64,000 nt of DNA from Nitrosopumilus sp. (GCA_965207445.1 CBDBLX010000002.1:1751849-1815848); one strand, 5' to 3'. Counted from the stretch's first letter, positions 36,867-48,423 are shown. Numbers and translations: made by a program. The notes: generated from the letters alone by a model not told the origin.

Positions 36867-37198
36867 CAGTAGTTCACAATGTGCCAATTTTTAATGATCT
36901 TATTTTTAATTATACAGTGTGGCAGATTTATGATGGCAAGTAACTACCATGTTTTAATTCCCATCAAAGCAATCTTCTGATCAATCCGACAATTGAATCC
37001 ATAAATCATCCATTGTGAATAATTTTCCACCTACAAGTCCGTCGTAATTTTCGTACCTTGCCATTGTTTACAAGCCATACAACAACATTTCAAAAAAATA
37101 TCAACAGTAATTAGACTTGCAAGGCGTTGTTAGTTGTTTTTGGAGTCATGTTTTTTATCACTAATCCAGTCTCTATTATCCAGCGCTTGCGATAAGTT
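36867..37198 (-). mobile_element. Truncated inverted copy of the ISH3-type element right end
   Basis: CAGTAGTTCACAATGTG terminus; reverse complement aligns to ~41224-41555. Confidence 0.88.
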
Positions 37199-37262
37199 GG
37201 GAATTACACACACTAGTTCACTTTGACCAGATGTGGGCAGTTAATTCGCCTCCGAGCTGCTG

Positions 37263-40088
37263 CTATTCGCGCGCCGCTAGCGCGTCTGCAATCTGTGGCC
37301 ATAGTGGGCTGCTGTACTTTTCGGCGTTAGTGCGGGCCTCTGCTGCGGTCATCGGGTTGTCGTGGGTAATCTCACCAAAGGCAGCTAGGACGCGGTTCCA
37401 GCGGTCCACGTGCGCATCGCCGTGCTGTGTCTGAGCCGCCTGCGCCCTTACCTTGGAGACGAGCTCCGGGTCTATGGCGGGCGGCGCGTCTGGCTCAGTC
37501 GGTACATCTGGTGGCGTCTGCGGCCCGTCTTGTTCTGCTGCCGCCTCTAGTAATGTCAGCACGTCTGCAATCAGGGGCCACAGTGGGCTGCTGTACTTTT
37601 TGGCGTTGTCGCGGGCCTCTGCTGCAGTCGTCGGGTTGTCGTGCGTGATGTACCCAAACGCGGCCAGTACGCGGCTCCACCTCTCCACGTGCGCATCACC
37701 GTGCTGCGTCTGGTTGGCCATCACAGTCACGTTGGCGACCAGCGCTGGGTCTATGGCGACTGCCGTCAGATTCTGAGCCTGGGCGAGCTTGTTGTACACG
37801 GGCGGTGGCTGCATCAGGCTTGACGTCGTCCCGGTGTCCTGGACGTCCACAGTCCAGCTTGCAAATTGTCCCAGCGTGTAGCCGGCGCCTGGGTTTATCG
37901 TGAGTGTAACATTGTTGACGTCTATGACGCCGTCATCTATGGTCGGGACCTCCAGCGTATACGAGCCGATCGGCGGAATCTCCACGATGCGCCAGCCCGC
38001 ATCAGAGGCGTTCAGAATCCCGCCGGCGCCCGAAAGGGTGACGTTGACTGGCAAAGGCGACAGGGGTGCGGGGGACGCGTTGATGCCAAAGGAGACGTGG
38101 TCACCCTCTGAACCACCGCCTGATATACCAATTGATACCTCGGGTGGTGGTGGTGGGGAGTTATTGACATGGGGGCTGTCTGCCACTGAGATCGTCACGG
38201 TGTTTGCAGAGCCGACCTGGTAGCCGGCCCTTGAATGTAACGTAATTTTGATGGTGCCGGCAGGGTTGTTGTCGTTGCCGTTGCTCTTTGTGACGATGCC
38301 GCCGCCGGGATTTTGATTTTTGCCCTGTGCAATCAGTACGTCATTGTTAAAGGAACTAGAAAATGAATTATCACTCGAAACGGCTCCGGTGATAGACAGG
38401 CTTACTCTAGGATAGATGTCAGAACAAGCCAAGTACTCTGATTTGACCAGTCCAGCAAGGTTGACCGTGTCGCCCTCTGTCACCGTGTCCGGAATGACAC
38501 TTTTATCAAGCCAGAAGACGGGGCCGTCAGGGTGCGGTTTGTGTTCAATCAGCGTCATCCTCTGCCAGTTCTCATCGCCGTCTCGTATCTGGTAGTCTTT
38601 ACTGGGTTTTAGTCTAAACTCTATCCAATTCTGACCAGAGGGGTTGCAATCCCTTACCGTCTCAGACTGAAAGTAGTCGACTCTGCCGTGCACACCAAAT
38701 ATGTGCATCATATTGTTGGACGCTTCAAGTATATGGCCACTGTCTCTAGTCTCGAACATTACTGGCAGCGCAGTGCCTGAGATGTGCGGCGGGTCCACGT
38801 GTATGGGTATCGACACCTTGCGGCCCTCAAAATAAGAGCCAGATGTGTCCAGTGTGACGCACGGTTTGTCTGTGGTGCAGGGAGGAGGAGGCGGTGGAGG
38901 TGGAGGCGGGTTGGGGTCCGGGTCGTTGTCTCGAATGGTAAATGTGACAGTCGACGGCTCACCTACGATGTAACCATCCCCGGGAAGCAGAGTGTACGTT
39001 ATAGTGCCGTCTGGTTCATGGACATTGTCATCATCTGTGACAAGTATCATTCTATTAGCTTGTACATCACCGGCGTTAATTGGATTTTCAAAAATAACGT
39101 TAGGTCCTACAGGCCTATACACAGGTATTAGAACGTCACCTAATTCAACAACAAAAGCTCTAACCGTTATATCAACGAGTGAGGGATTAGATAGATGTAT
39201 GTAAGTTCTAGTATTGCCACCCTCAGTCTGCTCCAGAGCCCGGGATGGAGATAGTGTAACAGTCGGTATGACATAAGCAGGCACATCCTCCGTGGTGACT
39301 CTGAATATTGGAGATATGCCATACGAGTATCTAGCGGCCTGCGTATACTTGCCGTGCTCGTTGCGGCTTTCACTTGACTCGCCAGGTGTGTCTCCTGCGT
39401 AAAAGTCATTATAGTTGTCAGCTATCTTGCTATTGCTACCAAGCCAGTATATCGGTACGTCTACTCCTTCTTGAGTGTAAGTGTTACTCCTGACGCTGTC
39501 GCGATCAGAGTGACCGAAATGCAGTACACGAAAGTACTCGGAGAACTCGCGCATCGCAGAGGGCTCTGAGTTTGCAACACTTACTGTCCGTTTATACACA
39601 TAATAACAATAATCACTGCTGTCTCCATTTATGTCAGTTCCCTCACCATTATTGTTCCTTTTAACAATATCCCAATAGACATCTGAGCCGACTGTCTGGC
39701 CATAATAACCATAACACTCAACATCAGGATCATCGGTTATATGATAGTACGTCGCCTTGCCGTACGTAAAGATGTTGGATGATTCAATCAGGTCCTGTAT
39801 CTTTGTATCCGTAAATGAATGGCCCTCGGATGGTGAGAACAGCAGTCTGAACGTGTCCCCGTCTGCCAGGCCATTGGGTGTATAATCCCAGTCAGCAGGC
39901 ACTGCAACTATTGTCTGGGCGTAGGCTTGCTGATCAGATGGTAAAAGTGAGATTGCTGTTACTGTTAGTATGGCTAGTATGATAGGTAATAAAACGCGAC
40001 GCTTGGTGTGTGATCTATTACTGCCTGCCTGCCTGCCCCCCCCCCCGAATGAGTGTGTACAGTTGAGTGGGTGGCGCGTAGTAATCAT
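37263..40088 (-). CDS. Large secreted/surface adhesin-like protein (Calx-beta-like repeats, Pro-rich linkers, duplicated C-terminal domain)
   Basis: Hydrophobic signal (VLLPIILAILTVTAISLL); DDNVHEPDGTITYTLLPGDGY-type repeats; twice QTQHGDAHVxRWxRVLAAFG; GC well above the backbone. Confidence 0.75.
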   Translation of the reverse strand: MITTRHPLNCTHSFGGGGRQAGSNRSHTKRRVLLPIILAILTVTAISLLPSDQQAYAQTIVAVPADWDYTPNGLADGDTFRLLFSPSEGHSFTDTKIQDLIESSNIFTYGKATYYHITDDPDVECYGYYGQTVGSDVYWDIVKRNNNGEGTDINGDSSDYCYYVYKRTVSVANSEPSAMREFSEYFRVLHFGHSDRDSVRSNTYTQEGVDVPIYWLGSNSKIADNYNDFYAGDTPGESSESRNEHGKYTQAARYSYGISPIFRVTTEDVPAYVIPTVTLSPSRALEQTEGGNTRTYIHLSNPSLVDITVRAFVVELGDVLIPVYRPVGPNVIFENPINAGDVQANRMILVTDDDNVHEPDGTITYTLLPGDGYIVGEPSTVTFTIRDNDPDPNPPPPPPPPPPCTTDKPCVTLDTSGSYFEGRKVSIPIHVDPPHISGTALPVMFETRDSGHILEASNNMMHIFGVHGRVDYFQSETVRDCNPSGQNWIEFRLKPSKDYQIRDGDENWQRMTLIEHKPHPDGPVFWLDKSVIPDTVTEGDTVNLAGLVKSEYLACSDIYPRVSLSITGAVSSDNSFSSSFNNDVLIAQGKNQNPGGGIVTKSNGNDNNPAGTIKITLHSRAGYQVGSANTVTISVADSPHVNNSPPPPPEVSIGISGGGSEGDHVSFGINASPAPLSPLPVNVTLSGAGGILNASDAGWRIVEIPPIGSYTLEVPTIDDGVIDVNNVTLTINPGAGYTLGQFASWTVDVQDTGTTSSLMQPPPVYNKLAQAQNLTAVAIDPALVANVTVMANQTQHGDAHVERWSRVLAAFGYITHDNPTTAAEARDNAKKYSSPLWPLIADVLTLLEAAAEQDGPQTPPDVPTEPDAPPAIDPELVSKVRAQAAQTQHGDAHVDRWNRVLAAFGEITHDNPMTAAEARTNAEKYSSPLWPQIADALAARE

Positions 40089-40164
40089 TATGTTATAGTT
40101 ACAAAGTACATATTATTAAAAGTATCGAATATATTAACGTGTTGTATAATTTAGTTAATCAAGT

Positions 40165-41555
40165 CAGTAGTTCGCAATGTGTTTTATATGATTTTATTTG
40201 AATAATCTACAATGTCGTTAAATGTTAATGATCATACTTGATCAGATCAAATAGAAAGTGTAATATATGGGAATATTCTAGTACCTCTGACTAAGTATGA
40301 AAAATGAGATACTAGAACATCAATATGAATTAGGACAAGTAAATTATAAAGTTTTACGAAAACGATTCAACGATCTCGGACTAGACATATCAACTAGATA
40401 TAACAGCAAATATGGTGCGGATGATTATCTTGGCACACTTGCCACCATGTCACTTGACAACATGTGCGTAAATGCAGCAACACACAAAAGAAAATGCAAT
40501 GAGGCTAACTATTTTAGAAAAGGCGAGCGCATAAACATACCATCTGAAAATACTGTGCTCAAGCCTAAAGAGTGCAGATCTAGAGAAAGTAAACCAATGG
40601 GGTGACAAGAACGTCAAAATAATGCTCAATAATGCCAGAAAACACAACATGCTCAAAAAAGGCATGGCACTATTGCAATTGATATGACCGGATGGGAATA
40701 TTATGGCAAGGCACTCAAACCTGAGATGCTAAAAACAAAGCCCAAAAATGGTACTGCGAGATTTCATTCATTTATGACAGCACAAATGGTAAATCAAGCC
40801 AGGTAACATACCTTTGTTTGCACATCGTGTGACCAGTAAGGATAAAATGGTCACAGTCATGCGTAAAATCATTGAAAAATTAATTCGAGAGGATACACGT
40901 CCGGAACTTGGACTCTTTGATCGAGGTTTTTACAATGTTGCATGCATAGATGAACTTTTGCGCTTGCGCCTGTCTTTTATAATGCCGGCAATTAAAAATA
41001 AGCGCATACAAAAATATATTTTAGAAGTTCACAACAAAAAGAGAAAAACTGCACCCGTCATTGAGATGCGTGATAAAAACAAAAAAAGTAGCAAGTTCAC
41101 ATTACTTGTCGTCAGAAAAAATAATGCCAAAAAAACTGATGAAACAGTCGATCAGTATGTAGCATTTACCACAAATATGAAAATCACTAACAAAAGCAAA
41201 CTCATCAAAACCATCCCAGAGACTTATCGCAAGCGCTGGATAATAGAGACAGGATTATAGTGATAAAAAACACGACTCCAAAGATAACTAGCAACGCCTT
41301 GCAGCTTTGATTACTGTTGATATTTTTTGGAATGTTATTATATGGTTTATGGGTAATGGAAGGGTACGAAAATTACGGCGGACTTGTAGATGAGAAATTA
41401 TTCACAATGAATGCGTTTGTAGATTCAATTGCCTGTTCAATCAGAAGACTGCTTCGGTGGGAATTGGAGCACGGTGGTTCCTTACCATTGTAAATCTGCC
41501 GCACTGCATAATTAGAAATAAGATCATTAAAAATTGAGCACATTGCGAACTACTG
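40165..41555 (+). mobile_element. ISH3/IS4-type insertion sequence with pseudogenised transposase
   Basis: 17-bp TIR CAGTAGTTCGCAATGTG/CACATTGCGAACTACTG; AAGT on both flanks; fragments AIDMT, FDRGFY, YRKRWIIETG interrupted by stops and frameshifts. Confidence 0.92.
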
Positions 41556-41642
41556 AAGTAACCATCATTAGCATCAACATTGTACCATCATTAACATCAC
41601 AATTAGCATCATAGCCACCAAAATCAAACTACAAGATGTAAT

Positions 41643-44600
41643 TTATTCAACCAAGATGGCAGGTTTGAATGGCCTAGCATGTCTGGCCTTTGATTTTGGA
41701 TCATACATATCTGGATCAGATTCAGAATACACATCTACCTGAGCATTAAATGTGGCAGATACAATATTTGGCAGCTCAGATCTGAGAAACGCCGATTCAG
41801 TAAAATTATCCATAGATTCAAGACGTGCATTTCTAATTGCAACTGGATCAGAGAGGATATCCTTGATTGTCTTTTGCACAAAGTCAGGCATTTTTTTAGC
41901 ATCAGTTGTCTCTGGATTTGCAACAAGACGCTTCATTACAAGCCCCATTGAAGTATCACCTTTTGAAATTGCATGTAAAATATGTTTATATATTATACGC
42001 TTTGAGGCAGTATTAGAATTAGTATTCAAGTCATCAGATACATACAATGTTATCTTTGATGGGGTCATTTTTGTCACTTTGAGAATACTTGCAATGTCAT
42101 TTATCGTTGATTGTAGCAAGTCCTCTGCTTGTAGTGCAGATTGGTTGATGTGAGTAGAGTTTAGATCTGGCCACCTATGCGTATCCCACATTTTATGAGA
42201 ATAACCAAGTGATGTCCACATTAAAGATGCCACGTGAGGTGCAAATGGTTGTAATAGCGTGACTCGAATAGTCATTATTGCGTGCAATATGTGCGACATG
42301 TCACGTGTTGAGCGTTGCTTGGCAGATGCGCGGCGAGTGTGCCAAGATAATACAGAATCTATCTCAAACAAGATCAGATGCAAAGCCTCACGAAGTCGCA
42401 TCTTCTCCATTGCATCACTTGTTGCAATAACCATCTGGGAAATCTTTGAGAGCAGCCACACATCCTCTGCAGTCAGCAAGTCAGATTTGCCAAGGAGTAT
42501 TTCATGTATGTTGACAAGTACATCTTTTTGATCATGGTTATCAGCACCATCAACACAGTTATTATTATGATCATTGTAATTGTTGCCTCCATCAATATCA
42601 CAAATGATAGAATTAGTGTTTTCTTTGTAAAAAGAGTACAGTTTTGTACACTCAAAATATAACGCCTCAAGTTTGGCGCGCATTCCATATACAGAATCCA
42701 TATTAAAGTCAGCATCTTGTAATAGTTCAGCAGATATTATTATTGCTAGTCTGATCGGATCTGCTCCAAACTCCAATATTGCCTTTCTAAGTGGGATGAT
42801 ATTTCCCATACTCTTTGACATTTTAGATCCGTTCATCAAGACAGAACCATTTACTACAATACCACATGGCCACTTTTTCTCATCAAATATTGCAACGTGA
42901 TTCAACACAAAAAATGTCAGATGGTTTGGTACAAGATCTCGTCCTGAGTGTCGATAATCTACAGGGTAGAAATAATCAAATTCCTGTTGTATTTGTTTCA
43001 GAGTAGATTCAGGTATGGTGGTTTTTGCACGCCATTGGGCCATTGAATCGTTGTTGTGGTTGTTGTGGTTGTTGTTGTGGTTGTTGATATTGTTGATAAG
43101 ATCATCTGAGTTATCTACGGTATCTTTACTTGCAGTATTATTCCACTTGCCAAGCAGGACATAATCAAAGAATTCAGGTGTCATCTGTTCTGGTGCAATC
43201 ATACCATCATGAACAAACCGCGATATCACATAGTATGCCATATAGATCACAGAGTCCGAAAGACTCTCAACTATCCAATTTCTGTCCCAGGGTAGTTTAG
43301 TACCCAATCCATGTTGTCGTGCACATGCACGCTCATGAAGCCAGTCAACTACATGTCCAAACTCTTGTCGAATATCATCAGGTAAAATACTCATATTAGT
43401 AAGGCATTTGTGAGTTTTTTTCTTCCACTCCATATCACCATAATTCAAAAACCATTGATTATCAAGCATCTTAACTGTAGATTTAGAGCCACATCTACAA
43501 AATACGGGTCCATCAGTAATCTCAAGGAATTGCTCTGCATGACCATGTTCTGCAAGCCACTTTCCTACTTGATCTTTTGCATCTTTGACTTTTTTATCTG
43601 TAAACTGGGCAAGTGGAATATTTGATTTCATAACACCTTCATAGAACTCTTTTGAGTAGAGTGTTTTTGTAGCATCCTCAAGGCGCGGGTCTGATTGGCC
43701 TGTGCAACCATCTATTTCAGATATTACACTAGCAGCAGGAATACCATCATATTGGGCAGTATCAATTATAACAATTGGTTTTATCTCAGATGCAACAGCA
43801 ACACATGACGATTCATCTAGCTTGTCATGGACTAAATCTTGCAGTGCTTGCCAATCATATGGCGCATGTGCAGGAACCGACATTACAATACCAGTGCCCG
43901 TATCAGATTCTACAAACAGTGCAGGAAGTATGGGTATGCTACGAGTGCCACTAGCATCATTATCACTATACGAAATACGTGCATTATTTCCAACAAGTTC
44001 AGATCCTGCAATATCACCATCAATAGTGATATCTTTGCCAAGAAACTTTAACTTGTAAGCGCACTCGGAACTGACAATCCACTTTTGCTCATCTGGCATG
44101 ACGGTGATCTTTTTGTATGATATGTCAGAGTTAACCCATAGATTCGTCACACCAAATATGGTCTCAGGACGCAACGTTGCAACAGGAATAACATAATCAT
44201 CAAACGTTTTGAATTTAATCATTACATATTCTGTAAATGCAGGTTCCACATCACCCAACGTATCATGTTGAGACACAGGATTTTGACATTCGGGGCACCA
44301 TCCAACAGGGTGAGATCCACGTATAATCAACCCTTTTTGTTTTAAAAGAGATATCTGCCATTCTATGAACTTTGAGTATCCGGGATCAATTGTAGTAAAC
44401 TCACGACGCCAATCAATTGAGTAGCCCATCTCTTTCATTCCAAGTTTGATCTCTTTGTGAAAATAGTTTGCAATTGCAAGTGGGTCAACGAATGTAGAGA
44501 TATCTTGTTCAGAGACACCATATATGTCACGTAAATTATTTACGATCTCATCTTCTTTGTTTTGTACACGTTGTGCCATTCCTAAAATTGGAGTGCCCGT

Positions 44601-44936
44601 ATAGTGAAATCCCATAGGAAATAAGACATTGTAACCTTTAAGACGCCAAAATCTAGCATGCACATCTGCAAGTGTATACGTTCTGCCATGTCCGATATGT
44701 TGAGGTGAATTAGGGTATGGATATGCCACTGTGATAAATTTTTTTGGTCTTGTATCATCAGGATACGGCTCAAAAAGTTTGGCATCAGACCATCGTTTTT
44801 GACAATCACGCTCAATTGATTGCCAATCGAGTTTGGGAGGTTCTGAAGAATCGGTGTTGTTGTTAGTGTTGTTGTTAGTGTTGTTGTTAGTGTTGTTGTT
44901 AGTGTTGTTGTTAGTGTTGTTGTTAGTGTTGTTCAT
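41643..44936 (-). CDS. leuS: Leucine--tRNA ligase (archaeal type)
   Basis: AYPYPNSPQHIGH, ATLRPET, KMSKS; N-terminal (NNNT)n repeat. Confidence 0.97.
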   Translation of the reverse strand: MNNTNNNTNNNTNNNTNNNTNNNTNNNTDSSEPPKLDWQSIERDCQKRWSDAKLFEPYPDDTRPKKFITVAYPYPNSPQHIGHGRTYTLADVHARFWRLKGYNVLFPMGFHYTGTPILGMAQRVQNKEDEIVNNLRDIYGVSEQDISTFVDPLAIANYFHKEIKLGMKEMGYSIDWRREFTTIDPGYSKFIEWQISLLKQKGLIIRGSHPVGWCPECQNPVSQHDTLGDVEPAFTEYVMIKFKTFDDYVIPVATLRPETIFGVTNLWVNSDISYKKITVMPDEQKWIVSSECAYKLKFLGKDITIDGDIAGSELVGNNARISYSDNDASGTRSIPILPALFVESDTGTGIVMSVPAHAPYDWQALQDLVHDKLDESSCVAVASEIKPIVIIDTAQYDGIPAASVISEIDGCTGQSDPRLEDATKTLYSKEFYEGVMKSNIPLAQFTDKKVKDAKDQVGKWLAEHGHAEQFLEITDGPVFCRCGSKSTVKMLDNQWFLNYGDMEWKKKTHKCLTNMSILPDDIRQEFGHVVDWLHERACARQHGLGTKLPWDRNWIVESLSDSVIYMAYYVISRFVHDGMIAPEQMTPEFFDYVLLGKWNNTASKDTVDNSDDLINNINNHNNNHNNHNNDSMAQWRAKTTIPESTLKQIQQEFDYFYPVDYRHSGRDLVPNHLTFFVLNHVAIFDEKKWPCGIVVNGSVLMNGSKMSKSMGNIIPLRKAILEFGADPIRLAIIISAELLQDADFNMDSVYGMRAKLEALYFECTKLYSFYKENTNSIICDIDGGNNYNDHNNNCVDGADNHDQKDVLVNIHEILLGKSDLLTAEDVWLLSKISQMVIATSDAMEKMRLREALHLILFEIDSVLSWHTRRASAKQRSTRDMSHILHAIMTIRVTLLQPFAPHVASLMWTSLGYSHKMWDTHRWPDLNSTHINQSALQAEDLLQSTINDIASILKVTKMTPSKITLYVSDDLNTNSNTASKRIIYKHILHAISKGDTSMGLVMKRLVANPETTDAKKMPDFVQKTIKDILSDPVAIRNARLESMDNFTESAFLRSELPNIVSATFNAQVDVYSESDPDMYDPKSKARHARPFKPAILVE

Positions 44937-45204
44937 AAAAATTCACATTTTTTTGTTATATTAAATTCTCTTGTCACAAGTGTTGGCAAAAATAACACCA
45001 GGTATCATCATTGTTGTTAACATCATTATCATAATCATCACCATCATTATCAGGGTAATAACAATTATGTACGTGATCAGTCCATGCTTGATATAATCAC
45101 TTGCATTTTATAATAAATTGGGCCATGTGGGAGGTATCACAATGCTAAAGGTGAAAATCAAGCTTCATTAGTCAAAAGGTGATCATATGCATAATTATCA
45201 ACCA

Positions 45205-48093
45205 TTACAGTGACAGAATTTGCATTATCTCAGACTTTACAGATTCAACTGCCAAGTCCCGTTTATCAGAGTTTGGACCACCTCCTTTAGAGAGTGACAT
45301 ATTATTTCCACTAGAACCACCACCAAGTATATCCGCGGCCAGTGCAGTAAATTTAGACGCATCAATACCACATGTTATTGCCTTAGGCCCTACATAAGAC
45401 ACGACACGCGTGGTAGGCCCTGATGTAAAAAAACCCACGTATGCTGAGTTTGGTACATGTTTTGTCAATAGTTTACCAAGACTCATGTGAAAGCGTTCAT
45501 CACGATCATAGTCTGTTAACATACAGATCTTGATGAAGTGCGTATTTGTAGTGTTTGTAGATTGATTGCCAGTTGTTATATCAGCAGTAGCAACATTATT
45601 GTCATTGTCATCATTGGGGTGATGGGGGTAGTTGGTGTGATTGGTGTTGTTGTTATTGTTATTGTGATTTGTATCACTATTACTAAAAGCATCAACATAA
45701 GATACAAACACAGCAACACCACCTACATCATGTATACCACTTGCAACATTTGATATACGATTTACTAGATCAGGTACAAGTTCGCGAGTAGTCTCTCTTT
45801 CTAGTTCACGTCGTTTGAGAGTCTCCTCACGTTTTGTTTCTGCTACTCTTTGTTCCTTTGCTACATATTTTTGTTTTTCATCATATAATGTGGCAACATC
45901 ACCAGAAACAAATTCAATTCTCACTACACCATCTTGAATGCGCTTTGTACGAGTGATTCGAATCTTTTGTATCTTGCCAGTACTCGATACATGTGTACCA
46001 CCACACGCTTCGATATCCTTATCAGATATTGATACGATACGAACTGCCTTTACAGGGACTATACCTCCCTGATATATGCGAAATCCATATTTCTGCTCTG
46101 CATCACCTCGCTCCATATACTGTATGGAAACTGCAAGATCATCGCGTATCATCTGATTTGCAGTATCCTCAATCTCCTTTACTTGTAATGTAGATAAAGG
46201 TGAGTGGTGTGTGATATCAAGTCTAGCGTGATCAGCATCTTTGAATGCAGAGTGCTGCCATACCCACGACCCTAATACGTGACGTGACGATGCATTGATG
46301 ATATGAGTTGATGTATGATGTTTTGTAATTGCATCCCGGCGACTCTTATCAATTATACAGTGTACGCGCTCACCTACAGATACTGTACCGCTTTTGAGAA
46401 TATGTACAATTATGTTTGCGTGTTTTTCCACATCAATTACATCAAAATTGGCAATCGTCCCATGGTCTGGTTCCTGCCCACCACCGCGTGCATAAAATGA
46501 CGTACGGTCAAGTACAACTTTATTGTTCTCATACCACAGTACAGTAGCATCAAATTCAAAGGGGTCACTATTATAAAAGAGAAGTTCTGTATCAGGTATA
46601 TCATCAAGTGCAATCTCAGCAAGTGGTGCAATTTTACGTGATTGATGCAGTTCTGATATACGAGTATAAAACGCAGATGGCACCTCAGACAATACACCTT
46701 CATCTACCAAATATTCAGGTGTAATACCATCTGATTCATACAAGGTGACTAGTGTATTCATGTCCGGTGTTTGATTACGCTCGCGTACACGTGAGATCTT
46801 TTTTTGCATCTGTAAACGAGATTCCAAATACCTGTCACTTTCTATATGCAATATTTTTTTGACATCATCACGCTTGTCAATCAGCTCAGGATATGTATTA
46901 GCAAGATATGTAATATGTGCATCTACTATATCATCTACATCAATTAAATGTGATGCGGCACGTAGTTTATGAATACGCTCATTTACTCGTCTAATCATCA
47001 TGCGCAAATTATACCCACCACCCACATTGCTTGGTAGAGCACCATCTGCAATTGCAAATATCAAAGTACGTAAATGATCAGCTATCATATATACATCCTC
47101 AAGGGGCGTTATGATATTTGATGCCATCTGCTCTGAGATCCCAGTAGTGCTCAATGATTTTTTCCTAACAGTCCACAAGTCATCAGAGCGCTCCAGCATC
47201 TTTGCCACACCAGTATAGTACTCTTTTAGCATATGTGCATCAGCATCAAAACCTATGGCATCCTTGAGGAGAGTATCGACTTGGTTGCCAAAACAACAGT
47301 CGTATGCAGTTGGCGTTCCCATCGTAATCCATGCAAAACGTTCCAACCCAGCACCCATGTCAATTATACGATTATCAAGTGTTGTATGATTCTCTAGCGT
47401 TCCTTGAAACTCGGTAAACACTGCATTTCCCAACTCTAAACCACGCACAAAATACTCTAGTGATGGTCCAAACGAGCCACCGCCTGCCCACACATCCTCT
47501 ACAAATACGATCTCAGCAGGGTTTATGCCAAACCTACGTGTCAATAGTTCATAGTCAAGTCGTATACATTCGTCTTTCCAGTATCCACCTTTTATGTCAG
47601 GAATACAGTGTTGTCCTACCATACAAAAGCTCGAAAAGTGACGTCCCGTAACACCCACATTCTCCAAATCTTTGAATCGCAGACAGGTCTGTGGTACCAC
47701 AAGTGGGTTTGCAGGAAACTCAAAGACTACCTTTGATCCCATTACTCTCTGAAAGTCTACAATCGATGCAATGGTAAAATATAGATCATCACGCCATCTA
47801 CACACAACAGGATATCTTCCAATTATGTCATGTTTGTTTTCTGAGAAAAAAGAGCTTATCTGCTTCCATGATTCAGTATAGTCAAATCGTTTTTTAGTCG
47901 GTGGATCACCGATAAATGAATATGTGTCAGGTGCATCATCAGGACAATCAACTCTATCAGGGTCAAGTGTCCAAAAGAAACGACCACATGTACGGCAAGA
48001 CTTGCGCGTGAATCCAGAGTCCTCAAAGAGATCAACAGTATAGTAACGTTGTGGTTCTGATGAGAATTTTTTGAGGATTTCGTTTTTTTCCAA
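45205..48093 (-). CDS. alaS: Alanine--tRNA ligase
   Basis: GLELGNAVF, IDMGAGLER, IADHLRT, HTSTH...EACGGTH editing site. Confidence 0.97.
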   Translation of the reverse strand: MEKNEILKKFSSEPQRYYTVDLFEDSGFTRKSCRTCGRFFWTLDPDRVDCPDDAPDTYSFIGDPPTKKRFDYTESWKQISSFFSENKHDIIGRYPVVCRWRDDLYFTIASIVDFQRVMGSKVVFEFPANPLVVPQTCLRFKDLENVGVTGRHFSSFCMVGQHCIPDIKGGYWKDECIRLDYELLTRRFGINPAEIVFVEDVWAGGGSFGPSLEYFVRGLELGNAVFTEFQGTLENHTTLDNRIIDMGAGLERFAWITMGTPTAYDCCFGNQVDTLLKDAIGFDADAHMLKEYYTGVAKMLERSDDLWTVRKKSLSTTGISEQMASNIITPLEDVYMIADHLRTLIFAIADGALPSNVGGGYNLRMMIRRVNERIHKLRAASHLIDVDDIVDAHITYLANTYPELIDKRDDVKKILHIESDRYLESRLQMQKKISRVRERNQTPDMNTLVTLYESDGITPEYLVDEGVLSEVPSAFYTRISELHQSRKIAPLAEIALDDIPDTELLFYNSDPFEFDATVLWYENNKVVLDRTSFYARGGGQEPDHGTIANFDVIDVEKHANIIVHILKSGTVSVGERVHCIIDKSRRDAITKHHTSTHIINASSRHVLGSWVWQHSAFKDADHARLDITHHSPLSTLQVKEIEDTANQMIRDDLAVSIQYMERGDAEQKYGFRIYQGGIVPVKAVRIVSISDKDIEACGGTHVSSTGKIQKIRITRTKRIQDGVVRIEFVSGDVATLYDEKQKYVAKEQRVAETKREETLKRRELERETTRELVPDLVNRISNVASGIHDVGGVAVFVSYVDAFSNSDTNHNNNNNNTNHTNYPHHPNDDNDNNVATADITTGNQSTNTTNTHFIKICMLTDYDRDERFHMSLGKLLTKHVPNSAYVGFFTSGPTTRVVSYVGPKAITCGIDASKFTALAADILGGGSSGNNMSLSKGGGPNSDKRDLAVESVKSEIMQILSL

Positions 48094-48277
48094 GTGTTGG
48101 ACAGTTTGTCAATGTCATTATCGTCAATTTATACGATTCTTGTTTAAAGTAGTGTGTTGTATGGTATCAATTCAGGTCAAATCGGCAGTCAGAAACGGTA
48201 CCGGGATTTTGCTATGGGCGGCAAAACGAAAGATGTATTAAACTAAATGCGCGCTTAATTTAATCCTGAAACGAAAA

Positions 48278-48423
48278 GAGCCTGGCAGGGTCTCACTTCT
48301 TTCTGCTACTGTCAGTCCAAAAAACAAGGCCAGATTGTCTACAAGATTCTTCGTGTGAATCGGTTTGTCATCCGACAGGGACTTTAACGGTAGGAGCATT
48401 ATGTCAAACAGTGAGGGAATCAA
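48278..48423 (-). pseudogene. Mrr N-terminal domain fragment truncated by the left inverted repeat
   Basis: IPSLFDIMLLPLKSLSDDK..LVDNLALFFGLTVAERSETLPGS resembles Mrr_N; the frame runs into the IR. Confidence 0.7.

Noticed and set aside
41643..48093. Inteins in LeuRS or AlaRS
   Set aside because: The inserts are short low-complexity tracts without intein terminal motifs.
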